Source: Candidatus Heimdallarchaeota archaeon (GTDB lineage: Archaea; Asgardarchaeota; Heimdallarchaeia; JABLTI01). Taken from it: a stretch of DNA of 60,251 nt. A program made the translations under genes and the position numbers. The stretch spans positions 1 through 60,251 of the forward strand of contig JAHLVW010000051.1 of the NCBI GenBank assembly GCA_019058275.1, in the 5' to 3' direction. The notes under the pieces were generated by a model, which saw only the letters and a program-made list of their open reading frames with translations, was not told the origin of the DNA and did not search any database. Position 1 is the first letter of the stretch; each line of letters begins with the position of its first letter. Positions 40,564 to 51,100 of this stretch are shown here, one piece after another.

Positions 40564-42663
40564 ATGAAGATTGAAGAAGCGGGGAAAAATAAAGTGGTCT
40601 CAGATACAACCGACCCCGTTGCAGCCTATAATGAATTCATTAGAGAATTCCGCAATGAGGAAGGTAATTATATTTATCGTCAACAGATTCAAGAAATGAC
40701 TGTTGAAGGTGAAATTTCTCTAAAAGTAGATTTCGCTGATGTTATCAAATTTAATCCTGATTTGGCGCGTAAAACAATCGATGAACCAAAGGAGTTCATT
40801 GTTGCAGGAAATCGTGCAGTCGCAGAAGTAGTTGAAATCGAAGATTCTGATTATGCTTTCACTACTCGAGACTTTTTCATACGATTCTATAATATGGCTG
40901 AAGGTGAAACGATTTCTTTACGAGAGATTCGTGCTGAACATGTTGGCAAATTAGTCATGTTGAATGGCATTATTACTCGAGCAACCGAGGTAAAGCCTTT
41001 GCTTATTGAGGGGTTCTTTCAGTGTCAGAATTGTAATGAAATAATGATAAAAACTCAAGAGGAAGGTCGTTATAACCCTCCACATCATTGCGAAAATCCC
41101 GGCTGTGGTAGAGCTGGACCGTTCAAATTACTAACAGAGGAATCAAAGTTTATTGATTGGCAGAAAATTTGCATTCAAGAACGTCCTGAAAATTTACCAC
41201 CAGGACAAATGCCCCGATCAGTAACGATACTGCTCACTAATGATATGGTTGATACAGTTCGTCCAGGAGATCGTCTAGCAGTTGTTGGTGTGTTAAAATC
41301 CATACCAGATTTCTCTCAAAAAACAAGTGGAAAATTAGCAACTTTTCACATTAATATGAATACTAATTATATTTTACCAGAAGAAAAGGAATTCGAGTCA
41401 ATTGAAATTTCTGAGGAAGAAGAACAAGAAATCTTAGAATTAGCTAGAGATCCTTGGATTCATAAGAAAATCATTGATTCAATAGCACCATCAATTTACG
41501 GTAATGAAGACATTAAGGAATCAATTGCCTTACTCCTTTTTGGAGGTATTCCCAAAGTTTTACCAGACGGTCTAAAGATAAGAGGGGAAAGTAACATTCT
41601 AATGATTGGCGACCCAGGAACAGCTAAAAGCCAAATTCTTCGGTATGTTGCTTCTCTTGCTCCAAGAGGATTATATACCTCTGGCAAGGGAACTTCAGCA
41701 GCTGGTTTAACTGTTGCTGTTCTAAGAGATTCAGATACTGGAGATTTTACCCTTGAGGCTGGTGCGTTGGTATTAGCAGATAGAGGGGTATGTTGCATTG
41801 ATGAGTTAGACAAAATGCGAAAGGAAGACAGAAGTAGCATACATGAAGCACTTGAGCAAAGAACCGTTTCAGTTGCTAAAGCGGGTATTGTCGCTACGCT
41901 TAATGCTCGTTGTTCTATTATTGCTGCTGCAAATCCTAAATTTGGTCGTTATATTCCTTCCCGTAGTGCTGCTGAAAATATTAATCTTCCAGTTACCATT
42001 CTTTCAAGGTTTGATTTAATCTGGATTGTCAGAGATGAACCTGAAGGTGATTCAGATCAAATCAAAGCCAAGCACATCTTACGATTACATACTGTTGGTG
42101 TAGCTGAGAAGGAAGCACCCATTGATAAAGAGCTTATAAGAAAATACATTAGTTATGCTAAGCAAAACTCCAAACCAGTACTTTCTGAAGAAGCTTCAAA
42201 ACGTTTAGAAGAATTCTATTTGGAAATGAGAAAAGCTGGTGAGACAAGTGATTCTCCCATTGCTATCACTGCAAGGCAACTTGAATCTTTAATTCGTCTC
42301 ACCGAGTCAAATGCTCGCATGGCTTTAAGAAGTGAATGTTCAATTGATGATGCTGAAGCAGCCATACGTATACTAAAGGAATCTTTGAAACAAGTTGGTA
42401 TAGATCCTGAAACTGGCAAATACGATATTGATGTTGTTATGGTTGGTACCTCATCCTCTACGAGATCGAAGATTGAAACTTTAATGGACATAATTTCTGA
42501 AATGGAAGTAGAAAATAAAGGACAAGCAGTTTCAATTGAAAGGGTCATTGAAAAAGCTCAAGACTATGGTATGAATCGTGAATTCATCGAAAGAAACATC
42601 GAACGTATGCGTCAAGATGGAATGCTGTTCCAACCCAAAGCAGGTTACATCAAACGAACATAA
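40564..42663 (+). CDS. mcm: MCM replicative helicase
   Basis: Zn finger CQNC..CENPGC, GDPGTAKSQ, IDELDKM, SRFD, ITARQLE; no intein visible. Confidence 0.97.
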   Translation: MKIEEAGKNKVVSDTTDPVAAYNEFIREFRNEEGNYIYRQQIQEMTVEGEISLKVDFADVIKFNPDLARKTIDEPKEFIVAGNRAVAEVVEIEDSDYAFTTRDFFIRFYNMAEGETISLREIRAEHVGKLVMLNGIITRATEVKPLLIEGFFQCQNCNEIMIKTQEEGRYNPPHHCENPGCGRAGPFKLLTEESKFIDWQKICIQERPENLPPGQMPRSVTILLTNDMVDTVRPGDRLAVVGVLKSIPDFSQKTSGKLATFHINMNTNYILPEEKEFESIEISEEEEQEILELARDPWIHKKIIDSIAPSIYGNEDIKESIALLLFGGIPKVLPDGLKIRGESNILMIGDPGTAKSQILRYVASLAPRGLYTSGKGTSAAGLTVAVLRDSDTGDFTLEAGALVLADRGVCCIDELDKMRKEDRSSIHEALEQRTVSVAKAGIVATLNARCSIIAAANPKFGRYIPSRSAAENINLPVTILSRFDLIWIVRDEPEGDSDQIKAKHILRLHTVGVAEKEAPIDKELIRKYISYAKQNSKPVLSEEASKRLEEFYLEMRKAGETSDSPIAITARQLESLIRLTESNARMALRSECSIDDAEAAIRILKESLKQVGIDPETGKYDIDVVMVGTSSSTRSKIETLMDIISEMEVENKGQAVSIERVIEKAQDYGMNREFIERNIERMRQDGMLFQPKAGYIKRT

Positions 42664-42742
42664 TTAGTAACTATAAATTCAAAATTTCATTATAGTTCTT
42701 TAGAGTCCCTCCTCTAATATAAAATATCAATGAGATTTAATT

Positions 42743-44914
42743 ATGAAAATAAAGGATCTTGATTTGCCTACTGAGGTTATTCAGTTAGTTTTGAAACGAG
42801 GTTTTTCTTCCCTCTATCCTCCTCAAGCTAAGGCAATAAAGAGTGGTTTATTGGACGGAGAGAACCTTGTTTTAGCTGTTCCTACAGCATCTGGTAAAAC
42901 ACTTGTTGCTGAACTTGCAATGTTAAAAGCTATTCTGTCTCGAGGAGGAAAAGCACTTTATCTTGTTCCTCTTAAAGCTCTTGCTGCAGAGAAGTTTGAG
43001 GATTTCTCCGAATTTGAAGAACTCGGAATTAAAGTTATACAATCAACAGGTGATTTTGATTCTTCTGATTATCAATTGGCAAAATATGATTTGATTATTT
43101 GTACAAATGAAAAAGTCGATTCCCTTCTTCGACATGATATCAAATGGGCAAAAGACATTCAAATTATTGTTGCTGATGAAGTTCATCTTATTGATGATTC
43201 ACATCGGGGACCTACACTTGAAGTTGTTTTAGCTCGATTGAAGAAAATGCTTCCTTATACTCAAATTCTTGCTCTATCTGCAACAATTTTTAATGCTGAT
43301 GAAATCGCTGAATGGTTAGATGCTAAACTAGTTCAATCTGATTGGCGACCTGTTAAACTCTCAGAAGGAGTCTACTGGCAAGGAAGAGTAGGTTTTTCAG
43401 ATGGACATCAAATACAAATTCCTGTTGTGAACACAAAAAATCCTGAAGTGGATATAGCATTTAATACTATAAAGAATGCAGGACAAATTCTTGTTTTCGC
43501 GAATACTAGAGCTAGCTCTCAAGCTGCAGCAGAACGCATTAGTCAATCAATCAGTCGATTGCTAACTTTAGAAGAAAGAGACCAATTGTCTCTTTTAGCA
43601 GATAAAATGCTAACAGCTGGTGAAAAGACGAATCTTGTAGAACGATTAGTTAAAGTGATTCGAAAAGGAGTTGCTTTTCATCATGCTGGATTAAAACCTG
43701 AGCATAGAAAACTAATCGAAAGTAATTTCCGAAAAAATCTGATTAAATGTGTTACTGCAACACCCACTCTTGCTGCGGGAGTAAATTTACCTGCTAGAAG
43801 AGTTGTCATTTTATCGCTTACTAGATATGAAGTAGGAGTTGGTAGCAAACCAATTAAGGTTCTTGAGTATAAACAACAAGCAGGAAGAGCCGGAAGACCA
43901 AAATATGATAGCGAAGGGGAATCAATTATCATTGCTAAGAAACAAAGAGACGCTTCTCGTTTTATGGAGATGTATTGTCTTGGCGACACTGAAATGATTT
44001 GGTCAAAATTAGCGAATGAAAGTGCTCTGAGATCACACATTTTGGCAGCAATTGCTATAGGATATGTTGCTAATTTGAAAGAATTAGCTCAATTCATAAA
44101 AGAGACCTTCTTTGGCTATCAGAATGATATTAGCACAACCGAATTTCTAGTAAAGAAAGTATTAAAATTCTTAATTGATGAAGGAATGTTAGCAAATGAT
44201 GGTTCTAGTTTATCAGCTACAACATTTGGTAGAAGAGTTAGTCAATTATATATTGATCCTTTATCAGCAGTCATATTAAGAGATGGATTAAAGAAAGCCA
44301 ATGAAGCAGAAGATGAAATTACTGATATTGCGTATTTCCATCTAATTGCATCCACACCTGACCTAAGAAACTTGTATCTTAGACAGAAAGACCAAACTGA
44401 GCTTCAACGATTCTTATGGGATTATACAGATGGTTTTCTCTCAGATACCCCAGAAGAATGGGATCCTGATTATGAGTACTTCTTAATGACTTTAAAATCA
44501 GCATTATTACTTCAACAATGGATTCAAGAGAAATCTGAAGATGCAATAACGATGAGATTCAGCGTAGGAAGTGGAGACATTCTATATCTTACGGATAATG
44601 CCAAGTGGCTTCTTTACTCATCTATGGAAATAGCTAAACTCTTTAACTGCACCAATATTTCAAAAAACCTTAGAGAATTACATCTTAGAGTTGCTCATGG
44701 CATAAAGAAAGAACTTGTACCTCTTGTCAAGTTAAGAGGAATAGGAAGAGTTAGAGCTCGAATGCTATTCAATACTGGATTTAAAACAATAGCATCTTTA
44801 AGGAAAGCAGAAACAAGGGAACTTTCCCGGATACCATCAATTGGTCCTGAAATTGTTCGAAGTATTAAGGAACAAGTTGGTGAACCAATGTTAGATCAAG
44901 AGCTTGAAGTCTAA
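42743..44914 (+). CDS. hel308: Ski2-like helicase Hel308/Hjm
   Basis: PTASGKT, DEVH, LSAT, FHHAGL, AGVNLPA, AGRAGRP, C-terminal HhH. Confidence 0.93.
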   Translation: MKIKDLDLPTEVIQLVLKRGFSSLYPPQAKAIKSGLLDGENLVLAVPTASGKTLVAELAMLKAILSRGGKALYLVPLKALAAEKFEDFSEFEELGIKVIQSTGDFDSSDYQLAKYDLIICTNEKVDSLLRHDIKWAKDIQIIVADEVHLIDDSHRGPTLEVVLARLKKMLPYTQILALSATIFNADEIAEWLDAKLVQSDWRPVKLSEGVYWQGRVGFSDGHQIQIPVVNTKNPEVDIAFNTIKNAGQILVFANTRASSQAAAERISQSISRLLTLEERDQLSLLADKMLTAGEKTNLVERLVKVIRKGVAFHHAGLKPEHRKLIESNFRKNLIKCVTATPTLAAGVNLPARRVVILSLTRYEVGVGSKPIKVLEYKQQAGRAGRPKYDSEGESIIIAKKQRDASRFMEMYCLGDTEMIWSKLANESALRSHILAAIAIGYVANLKELAQFIKETFFGYQNDISTTEFLVKKVLKFLIDEGMLANDGSSLSATTFGRRVSQLYIDPLSAVILRDGLKKANEAEDEITDIAYFHLIASTPDLRNLYLRQKDQTELQRFLWDYTDGFLSDTPEEWDPDYEYFLMTLKSALLLQQWIQEKSEDAITMRFSVGSGDILYLTDNAKWLLYSSMEIAKLFNCTNISKNLRELHLRVAHGIKKELVPLVKLRGIGRVRARMLFNTGFKTIASLRKAETRELSRIPSIGPEIVRSIKEQVGEPMLDQELEV

Positions 44915-44990
44915 CAATTGCTTTAAAAAGCATGCTTTACACCAAGCAAAAAGTAATTATCTTCTTTCGTTAAAGTACTATTTTACACAG

Positions 44991-45010
44991 AAGTTGTTGT
45001 ACAACTACTT
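44991..45010. promoter_or_regulatory. 20-bp near-perfect palindrome upstream of DegV gene
   Basis: AAGTTGTTGTACAACTACTT, 9/10 pairs. Confidence 0.4.
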
Positions 45011-45024
45011 GGTTTTGTACTTAG

Positions 45025-46152
45025 GTGAAGGAGTTGCTTGAAAACCAGTCTTTCGAATATGAAACATTGTGCCCTCTATGCAATAAAATCATTAAATTTA
45101 AGCTAGATGACAATGAATTAGAGAAAAACATGAAAGGTGATTTAGCAGTTCTTACCCTAGAACCACATGGGTCACCAAAACATATTCTGACTATTTATAT
45201 TAATAAAGAAAGAATCATTAAAGGAAGCTATCCATTTTTAGTAGACAAATCATTAGGGATAGGAAAAAGAGGGTTAAAATACAATCATATTGTTGATGCA
45301 ACTTCAGACCTAACAATTGAGGAAGGGAGAAATCTTGGCATAGAAGTAATTCCATATGAGGTTATAATAAATGGTGATTCAAGTAAAAATTACCCAAATG
45401 AAATTACTCCTCCAGAAATTATGAACATGATTGTTCAAAATAGAAAAATAGAAGCTAAAGCTATTTCAACTGAAAAGTTCCTTGAGACCTTTAAGAGGAT
45501 TGATTACGATAGACCAATAATTCTCAATACCATTAGTTCTCAAATGAATAAGACCTACAAAAATGCTGTGAAAGCAAAGAAGGTTTTAGCAAAAGAAAAC
45601 AAGGCATTAGCTGAAAGAATACACATTACTGATTCAAATGCATCTGGATCTATTCTAAGAACTATGGCAAAAAATGCTACTGAAATAGACAGAAAAGGAA
45701 AGGATTTGAAAGAAGTTCTGAAATATACTGACTGGCTTAGCCACTATCATCGTACTTATTTCATTGTAGATGATATTGAAAAAATCATAGGAAGCAACTT
45801 TTTAGGGAGATATTCTGGATTTTTTGGTGGTGGGCGTGGTATTAAACCCTTAATAACTTGCAATTCTGATGGTATGGGGAAAGTAGAACCGTGTAAGAAT
45901 GTTCGTACTTTTAAAGATGGAATAACTGAAATTGGTAGAATGATTAAACAAGATTTTCTTAAAAGAGACTTTGAAGGCACAATATTTCATGCAATGAGCG
46001 AAGATAATGCTTACAAATTACTTGAATATCTTAATATTATGTTTAAAGTGGATAAAAACGATTTTACCATAGAAGCTTGTTGTTCTACTTTAATAGTTAA
46101 CAGTGGACCAGGCATTTTAGGTCTGTCAATTTATCCCAAAATTAAAATTTAG
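45025..46152 (+). CDS. DegV/FakB-family fatty-acid-binding protein with N-terminal Cys/His domain
   Basis: IVDATSDL, IEVIPYEV, ISSQMNKTY, ITDS, IKPLI, NSGPGILGL; N-terminal CPLC...H..P.H. Confidence 0.8.
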   Translation: MKELLENQSFEYETLCPLCNKIIKFKLDDNELEKNMKGDLAVLTLEPHGSPKHILTIYINKERIIKGSYPFLVDKSLGIGKRGLKYNHIVDATSDLTIEEGRNLGIEVIPYEVIINGDSSKNYPNEITPPEIMNMIVQNRKIEAKAISTEKFLETFKRIDYDRPIILNTISSQMNKTYKNAVKAKKVLAKENKALAERIHITDSNASGSILRTMAKNATEIDRKGKDLKEVLKYTDWLSHYHRTYFIVDDIEKIIGSNFLGRYSGFFGGGRGIKPLITCNSDGMGKVEPCKNVRTFKDGITEIGRMIKQDFLKRDFEGTIFHAMSEDNAYKLLEYLNIMFKVDKNDFTIEACCSTLIVNSGPGILGLSIYPKIKI

Positions 46153-46251
46153 AGGATATCTGTAACTTCTATAATTGTTATTAATTCTAAAAATTTCTTT
46201 GAGAAAGCTTTTAGGCAAACTTGACTCTCTATTATTACGAATGGGAGATGG

Positions 46252-47718
46252 ATGTTCAAACCTGAAGCAAGAAGAGCTCTGAAATACTTAGGAAATACTC
46301 GAGGAGCTATTTTTGTAACTCAGATTAAAGAATTCATCAAAAGCAAAAACTGGGAGGAAATAGGTTACAATGTTGCAGCTTTTCTTTTTCTATTGTTTAT
46401 TGGAATGTTAATTCGATTGCTTTTAGCCTATTATTTTAGAGAGAATTACTATCGTTATCCCTTAGAAATCATTTGGAACAGAAATGTAATTTTTTACCCT
46501 AATGACATTAATTTTGCTGGATATGGGGATTTCCAATCATACTATTTTTCTTGGACTCAAGCTTGGTTTGAGCAAGATTGGTATCCATTCAATGATTGGC
46601 AAGAAACAGTTACTCATAGAGATGATCCCCTCTATATGTATTCATATCCTCCATTGTTACTTTACTTTTTATTAATAATCTGGAGACCAGGTATGACCAA
46701 TCTATGGATTGCTATCCCAATGATAGTTACAGATGCTGCTTGCGCAGGCATGGTTTTCTTGATTCTCAAAGAAATAATTAAAGGAAGTAAATCCAATCTA
46801 TTTGCTTTTGTAGGAGGGATTATTATGGCGTTTTCACCTATCAATATTGTATATGTTGGAATTTACTGGTTAAACACAGGTCCTGTTACTTTGTTTACAC
46901 TGGTTGCGCTATATTTTGTGATTAAGAAGAAATGGTTCCAAGCTTTTTTCTGGTTAGCAATAGCAACAATGACAAAACAAAATGCATTATTCCTCACATA
47001 TCCAATATTTATGATAATGGTTGGAGAGAAGGTTCAACAAATGAAGTTAAAAAAAGCTATTTTTGAGAGTATTTCAGTTGGGTTAGTATTTGTTATAACT
47101 TGTTTCTTTGCAGCAATACCATGGATTTTTATCACACCTATTCAAGTTGGAGCCCACATGTTATATCCGGGTCAAATGCTAATGCTCAATACAACAATTC
47201 TTGAGCCAACAATTCGAAAAGCAATTTCCTTTTCTTGGTCATTATTACAACTTGGAGTTGATGGATTCTTTCTTGATATAATTGCTTTTTTGCTTAACTC
47301 CATGTTACTAATGATTATAGCAGCAACAGCTATTACAATTCCAATGTTTTGGAGGAGCTATAAAGGAAAGTTAGATGAAATTGAATTCTTCGAGTGGATA
47401 TCAATCTATACAATAATAACACATATTTTCATGCCAAGGGGCGTTTACAAATTCTATAGTGCATATTACATGCCAATTCTATTAATAGCGTTAATAGGAA
47501 CACTTCTTTATTATAGTGAAAAAATCATCTCTTCAATATTTTTAATGTTCATAGTGATTTGCGTATTTATGGGATTAAGCATCTGGCACTTAACAATTGA
47601 TCGTTACTTTACTCCTGTTCTTTTGGCTTTAGTATGTTTGATTATTGGTTTCCTAACAGGTTTACGTGGTTCATTCAAATATTTAGAAAGAAAAGATCAT
47701 CTGAAAATACCTTTTTAA
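46252..47718 (+). CDS. GT-C fold membrane glycosyltransferase (GT87/PIG-M-like)
   Basis: GDFQSY, YSYPPL, TKQ motifs; many TMs. Confidence 0.65.
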   Translation: MFKPEARRALKYLGNTRGAIFVTQIKEFIKSKNWEEIGYNVAAFLFLLFIGMLIRLLLAYYFRENYYRYPLEIIWNRNVIFYPNDINFAGYGDFQSYYFSWTQAWFEQDWYPFNDWQETVTHRDDPLYMYSYPPLLLYFLLIIWRPGMTNLWIAIPMIVTDAACAGMVFLILKEIIKGSKSNLFAFVGGIIMAFSPINIVYVGIYWLNTGPVTLFTLVALYFVIKKKWFQAFFWLAIATMTKQNALFLTYPIFMIMVGEKVQQMKLKKAIFESISVGLVFVITCFFAAIPWIFITPIQVGAHMLYPGQMLMLNTTILEPTIRKAISFSWSLLQLGVDGFFLDIIAFLLNSMLLMIIAATAITIPMFWRSYKGKLDEIEFFEWISIYTIITHIFMPRGVYKFYSAYYMPILLIALIGTLLYYSEKIISSIFLMFIVICVFMGLSIWHLTIDRYFTPVLLALVCLIIGFLTGLRGSFKYLERKDHLKIPF

Positions 47719-47810
47719 TATCATCAGTTTTTTTCTAAAAGGCAAGAAACAATTTTATAAACTAGAATTAATATTTACATGTTGCTCAGAAAAAGGACGA
47801 TTGAAAGATT

Positions 47811-49181
47811 ATGACTAAGAAGAAATCTAGTTGCCTACACCCAATTGATTGGCGTTATGGCAGCGAGGAAATGAGAGATATTTTTTCTCGAGAAAAGAGA
47901 TTAGAGTTATTACTAAAGGTTGAAGCAGCAATTGCATATGGACATGCCATGGTCGGGAATATTCCAAAGAAAGCAGCAGAAGAAATCGAGAAAAAAGCCT
48001 CACTAAAATATGTGAAAATTAAACGAGTAGATGAAATTGAAAGTGAAATCTCACATGATATTGCATCTGTTGTTCGAGCTTTTGCTGAGCAGTGTGGAGA
48101 ATATGGAAGATTCATTCACTTAGGAGCTACTAGCAATGATATTATTGACACTGCTGAAGCAGTAAGAACAAAAGAAGCTCTAGGATTAGTCGAAGAAAAA
48201 ATTATCAAGGTAATTAAAAATCTGATTTCAATCATTAAAGAACATAAAAATACTGTCTGTGTAGGACGAACACATGGGTCACAAGCAGTTCCTTATTCTT
48301 TTGGTCATAAAATCGCTATTTGGCTTGATGAAATGGTTCGACACCTAGAAAACATACGTAACCTTTCAAAGAACCGAGTAATGGGTAAACTTTCTGGAGC
48401 AGTAGGTACAAGAGCAGCATATGGCGTTCATGCAGATAGGATTGTTCAAATGGCTATGGATAAGCTAGGCATAAAACCAGCAATAATCAGTCATCAATTG
48501 GTTTCAAGAGAAGTAATTGCAGAAGTTCTAATAGAATTGATTCTACTTGCTTGCTCATTAGACAAGTTTGCTACTGAAGTTAGGAATTTGCAAAGAACTG
48601 AAATTGGTGAAGTTTCTGAACCATTCCATTCTAAAAAACAAGTTGGTTCAAGTACAATGAGTCATAAAAGAGATCCTGAGAAAAGTGAAAGAATCAGCTC
48701 ATTAGCTAGACTTATGAGAGGTTATACAACACCTGTTCTAGAAAACATCATCACATGGCACGAACGTGATTTAGCGAATAGTGCTAATGAGAGATACATT
48801 TACCCAGAGATTTTCTTAACAATTGATCAAATGCTCGTTGATTTTGATTTTGTTACAGGTGGTTTAGTTGTAAAAATGGAACAGATGAAAAAGAATCTTG
48901 AGATATCTAAAGGTCTAGTAATGGCAGAAGCAATCATGACGGAATTAGCTAAAAATGGTATGAATAGGCAAGAAGCACATGAATTGCTAAGACAAAACTC
49001 TATGGAATCTATAGAGAAAGACAAACATCTGTTTGAAATTCTTAAAGTAAACAAAAAGATTGCAGAATATCTGCCCAAAAATGAACTAAAAGAAATCTTT
49101 GACTCGCCTGAAAATTACTTGGGAACAGCGAAAGAACAAATAGAAGTAGTGTTACTTGTAGCCGAAAAAGCAATAAAATAG
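47811..49181 (+). CDS. purB: Adenylosuccinate lyase
   Basis: HLGATSNDI, GRTHG, GAVGT, GSSTMSHKRDP, WHERD. Confidence 0.93.
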   Translation: MTKKKSSCLHPIDWRYGSEEMRDIFSREKRLELLLKVEAAIAYGHAMVGNIPKKAAEEIEKKASLKYVKIKRVDEIESEISHDIASVVRAFAEQCGEYGRFIHLGATSNDIIDTAEAVRTKEALGLVEEKIIKVIKNLISIIKEHKNTVCVGRTHGSQAVPYSFGHKIAIWLDEMVRHLENIRNLSKNRVMGKLSGAVGTRAAYGVHADRIVQMAMDKLGIKPAIISHQLVSREVIAEVLIELILLACSLDKFATEVRNLQRTEIGEVSEPFHSKKQVGSSTMSHKRDPEKSERISSLARLMRGYTTPVLENIITWHERDLANSANERYIYPEIFLTIDQMLVDFDFVTGGLVVKMEQMKKNLEISKGLVMAEAIMTELAKNGMNRQEAHELLRQNSMESIEKDKHLFEILKVNKKIAEYLPKNELKEIFDSPENYLGTAKEQIEVVLLVAEKAIK

Positions 49182-49304
49182 TGTCTTTATTCCCTATGAT
49201 AATGCTTTCTCTGTTTAAATACACAAAAGATAAAATAGAGAGAATGATTTAGAGAGATGATGATGTCTTACTCTTAAAAGCAATTTCCATGAGGGAAAAC
49301 CAAA

Positions 49305-50363
49305 TTGATCACTTTCATTGAACACGATGATTATTACAAACATAAAATGCCTCAGATTTTAGAAAGTCCGAGAAGACTAAAGGTTATCATCAAGGCAATA
49401 AATGAATGTAAAATTTTAGATCAACCAGATGTAAAAACAGTATCGCCCGAACCAATTAAGGAAACGGATTTATACACAATACATTCTGATCAATTAGTTG
49501 ACATTGTAAAGCATGGTAGTATGGTAGGTTTAACAGCTATTACTGGAGATACCATAACAAATGAGCATACATTTAAAGCTGCATTACGAGCTGCTGGAGG
49601 AGCAAAACTTGCTGGTGAAATCGCTTTAAAACAACCAAATAATGTTGCCTATGCTTTAACTAGACCACCAGGTCATCATGCAACAAGAACCAATGCAATG
49701 GGATTCTGTTTCTTTAATAATATCTCTTATGCTGCTAATTACCTTATTAAAGAAAAAAAGGTGAAACGAATAGCCATAATCGATTATGATAATCATTACG
49801 GAAACGGAACAGCTGACTTGTTTTACGATAGAAATGATGTCCTTACTATTTCATTGCATTCTGACCCACATGTTAGTTTTCCTTATCAAGGGAGACCAAC
49901 TGAAATTGGTGAAAGAGAGGGAGAAGGTTATAACATTTGTATACCATTACCTGTTCAAATTGGTGATAGAGAGTATTTACAAGCATTTGACAAAATTGTA
50001 CCTACTGTTATTCGCGACTATAAGCCAGAGTTAATTCTTGTTTCTGCAGGATATGATGGGCTTAAAGATGATCCTTATGGATACTTGAGTCTTTCAGTTT
50101 ATGGGTTCCAAGCAATTGCTGAAAGGATAAATGATTTAGCAAAAGAAGTATGTGAAGGAAAAATAGCTCACACACTAGAAGGGGGATATAAATTCGATGA
50201 ACTTGGTAATGCATTTTTAGCTAGCATTTCACCTTTTGTTAAAAATTATACTTTTGATAAAGACATCAGTAAGAAACTAACATCAAGCGGAAATAAAACT
50301 CAACTAAAAGAAACGTTGGTTGAAATAAAGAGAGTCTTGAAACCATACTGGCGTATAGATTAA
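49305..50363 (+). CDS. Histone deacetylase-family (class I/II) protein
   Basis: RPPGHHA, GFCFFNN, DYDNHYGNGT, SAGYD, LEGGY. Confidence 0.92.
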   Translation: MITFIEHDDYYKHKMPQILESPRRLKVIIKAINECKILDQPDVKTVSPEPIKETDLYTIHSDQLVDIVKHGSMVGLTAITGDTITNEHTFKAALRAAGGAKLAGEIALKQPNNVAYALTRPPGHHATRTNAMGFCFFNNISYAANYLIKEKKVKRIAIIDYDNHYGNGTADLFYDRNDVLTISLHSDPHVSFPYQGRPTEIGEREGEGYNICIPLPVQIGDREYLQAFDKIVPTVIRDYKPELILVSAGYDGLKDDPYGYLSLSVYGFQAIAERINDLAKEVCEGKIAHTLEGGYKFDELGNAFLASISPFVKNYTFDKDISKKLTSSGNKTQLKETLVEIKRVLKPYWRID

Positions 50364-50376
50364 CAAGGAGCTCAAT

Positions 50377-51066
50377 ATGAAACTTATAAAAAAAGCTGAC
50401 AGCACTATATGTTGTTTAATTCCTAAAGATGACTTCCCAAAAGCAATCCTACTTACAAATATTGCTAAAGAAGAAGGAGCAGCATTTGTTGAAATAAGAG
50501 TTCCCATAGAGCAAACTAACTTTGAAAACTTCAATCTCGCAGAGCTAAAAGTGTATACAATTCTAAGTATTGAACCTCTCGAGTATTTGCAAAAGTCAAA
50601 CAAAGTAATTTCTGATCAATTGAAAGTTATGATTAATCTACAACCAAACTACATTGAGCTAAATAGCAGTTTAGAAGGAAATACAATTCAAGAATTAAGT
50701 AAATATGCAAATGAAAAACAAGTTGGAGTTATTATCTCCAAATATTTTGATGAATTTCCAAAAAAGAAAACATTACTCCAGCAATTTAAAGAATTGCAAA
50801 TTGCAAAATCAGATATCATCAAAATTATTGCACCAGCAGAGAATGAATTTGATGCAAATGAAATGCTCCAATTGTATAAAAGTAAAAAAGATTACAAATT
50901 AGTAGCATTATGTTCTAAGGAAAGTGGAAAGTTTTCACAATTATTAGCGCCAATTTTAGGAGCTGAGTTCACTTATGGCTATATAAGTAGAAAAAGTGAT
51001 GAAGCGCAAATTCCTCTAAATATACTAAAACAAAATTTAGAAGTACTTTATCGAACCTTAATGTAA
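50377..51066 (+). CDS. Type I 3-dehydroquinate dehydratase-like protein (divergent)
   Basis: FVEIRV, SDIIKII, SQLLAPILGAEFTY, AQIPL pattern of the AroD barrel. Confidence 0.6.
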   Translation: MKLIKKADSTICCLIPKDDFPKAILLTNIAKEEGAAFVEIRVPIEQTNFENFNLAELKVYTILSIEPLEYLQKSNKVISDQLKVMINLQPNYIELNSSLEGNTIQELSKYANEKQVGVIISKYFDEFPKKKTLLQQFKELQIAKSDIIKIIAPAENEFDANEMLQLYKSKKDYKLVALCSKESGKFSQLLAPILGAEFTYGYISRKSDEAQIPLNILKQNLEVLYRTLM

Positions 51067-51100
51067 AGAAAAATAAAGAATGGTAATGAGAATAAACAAC

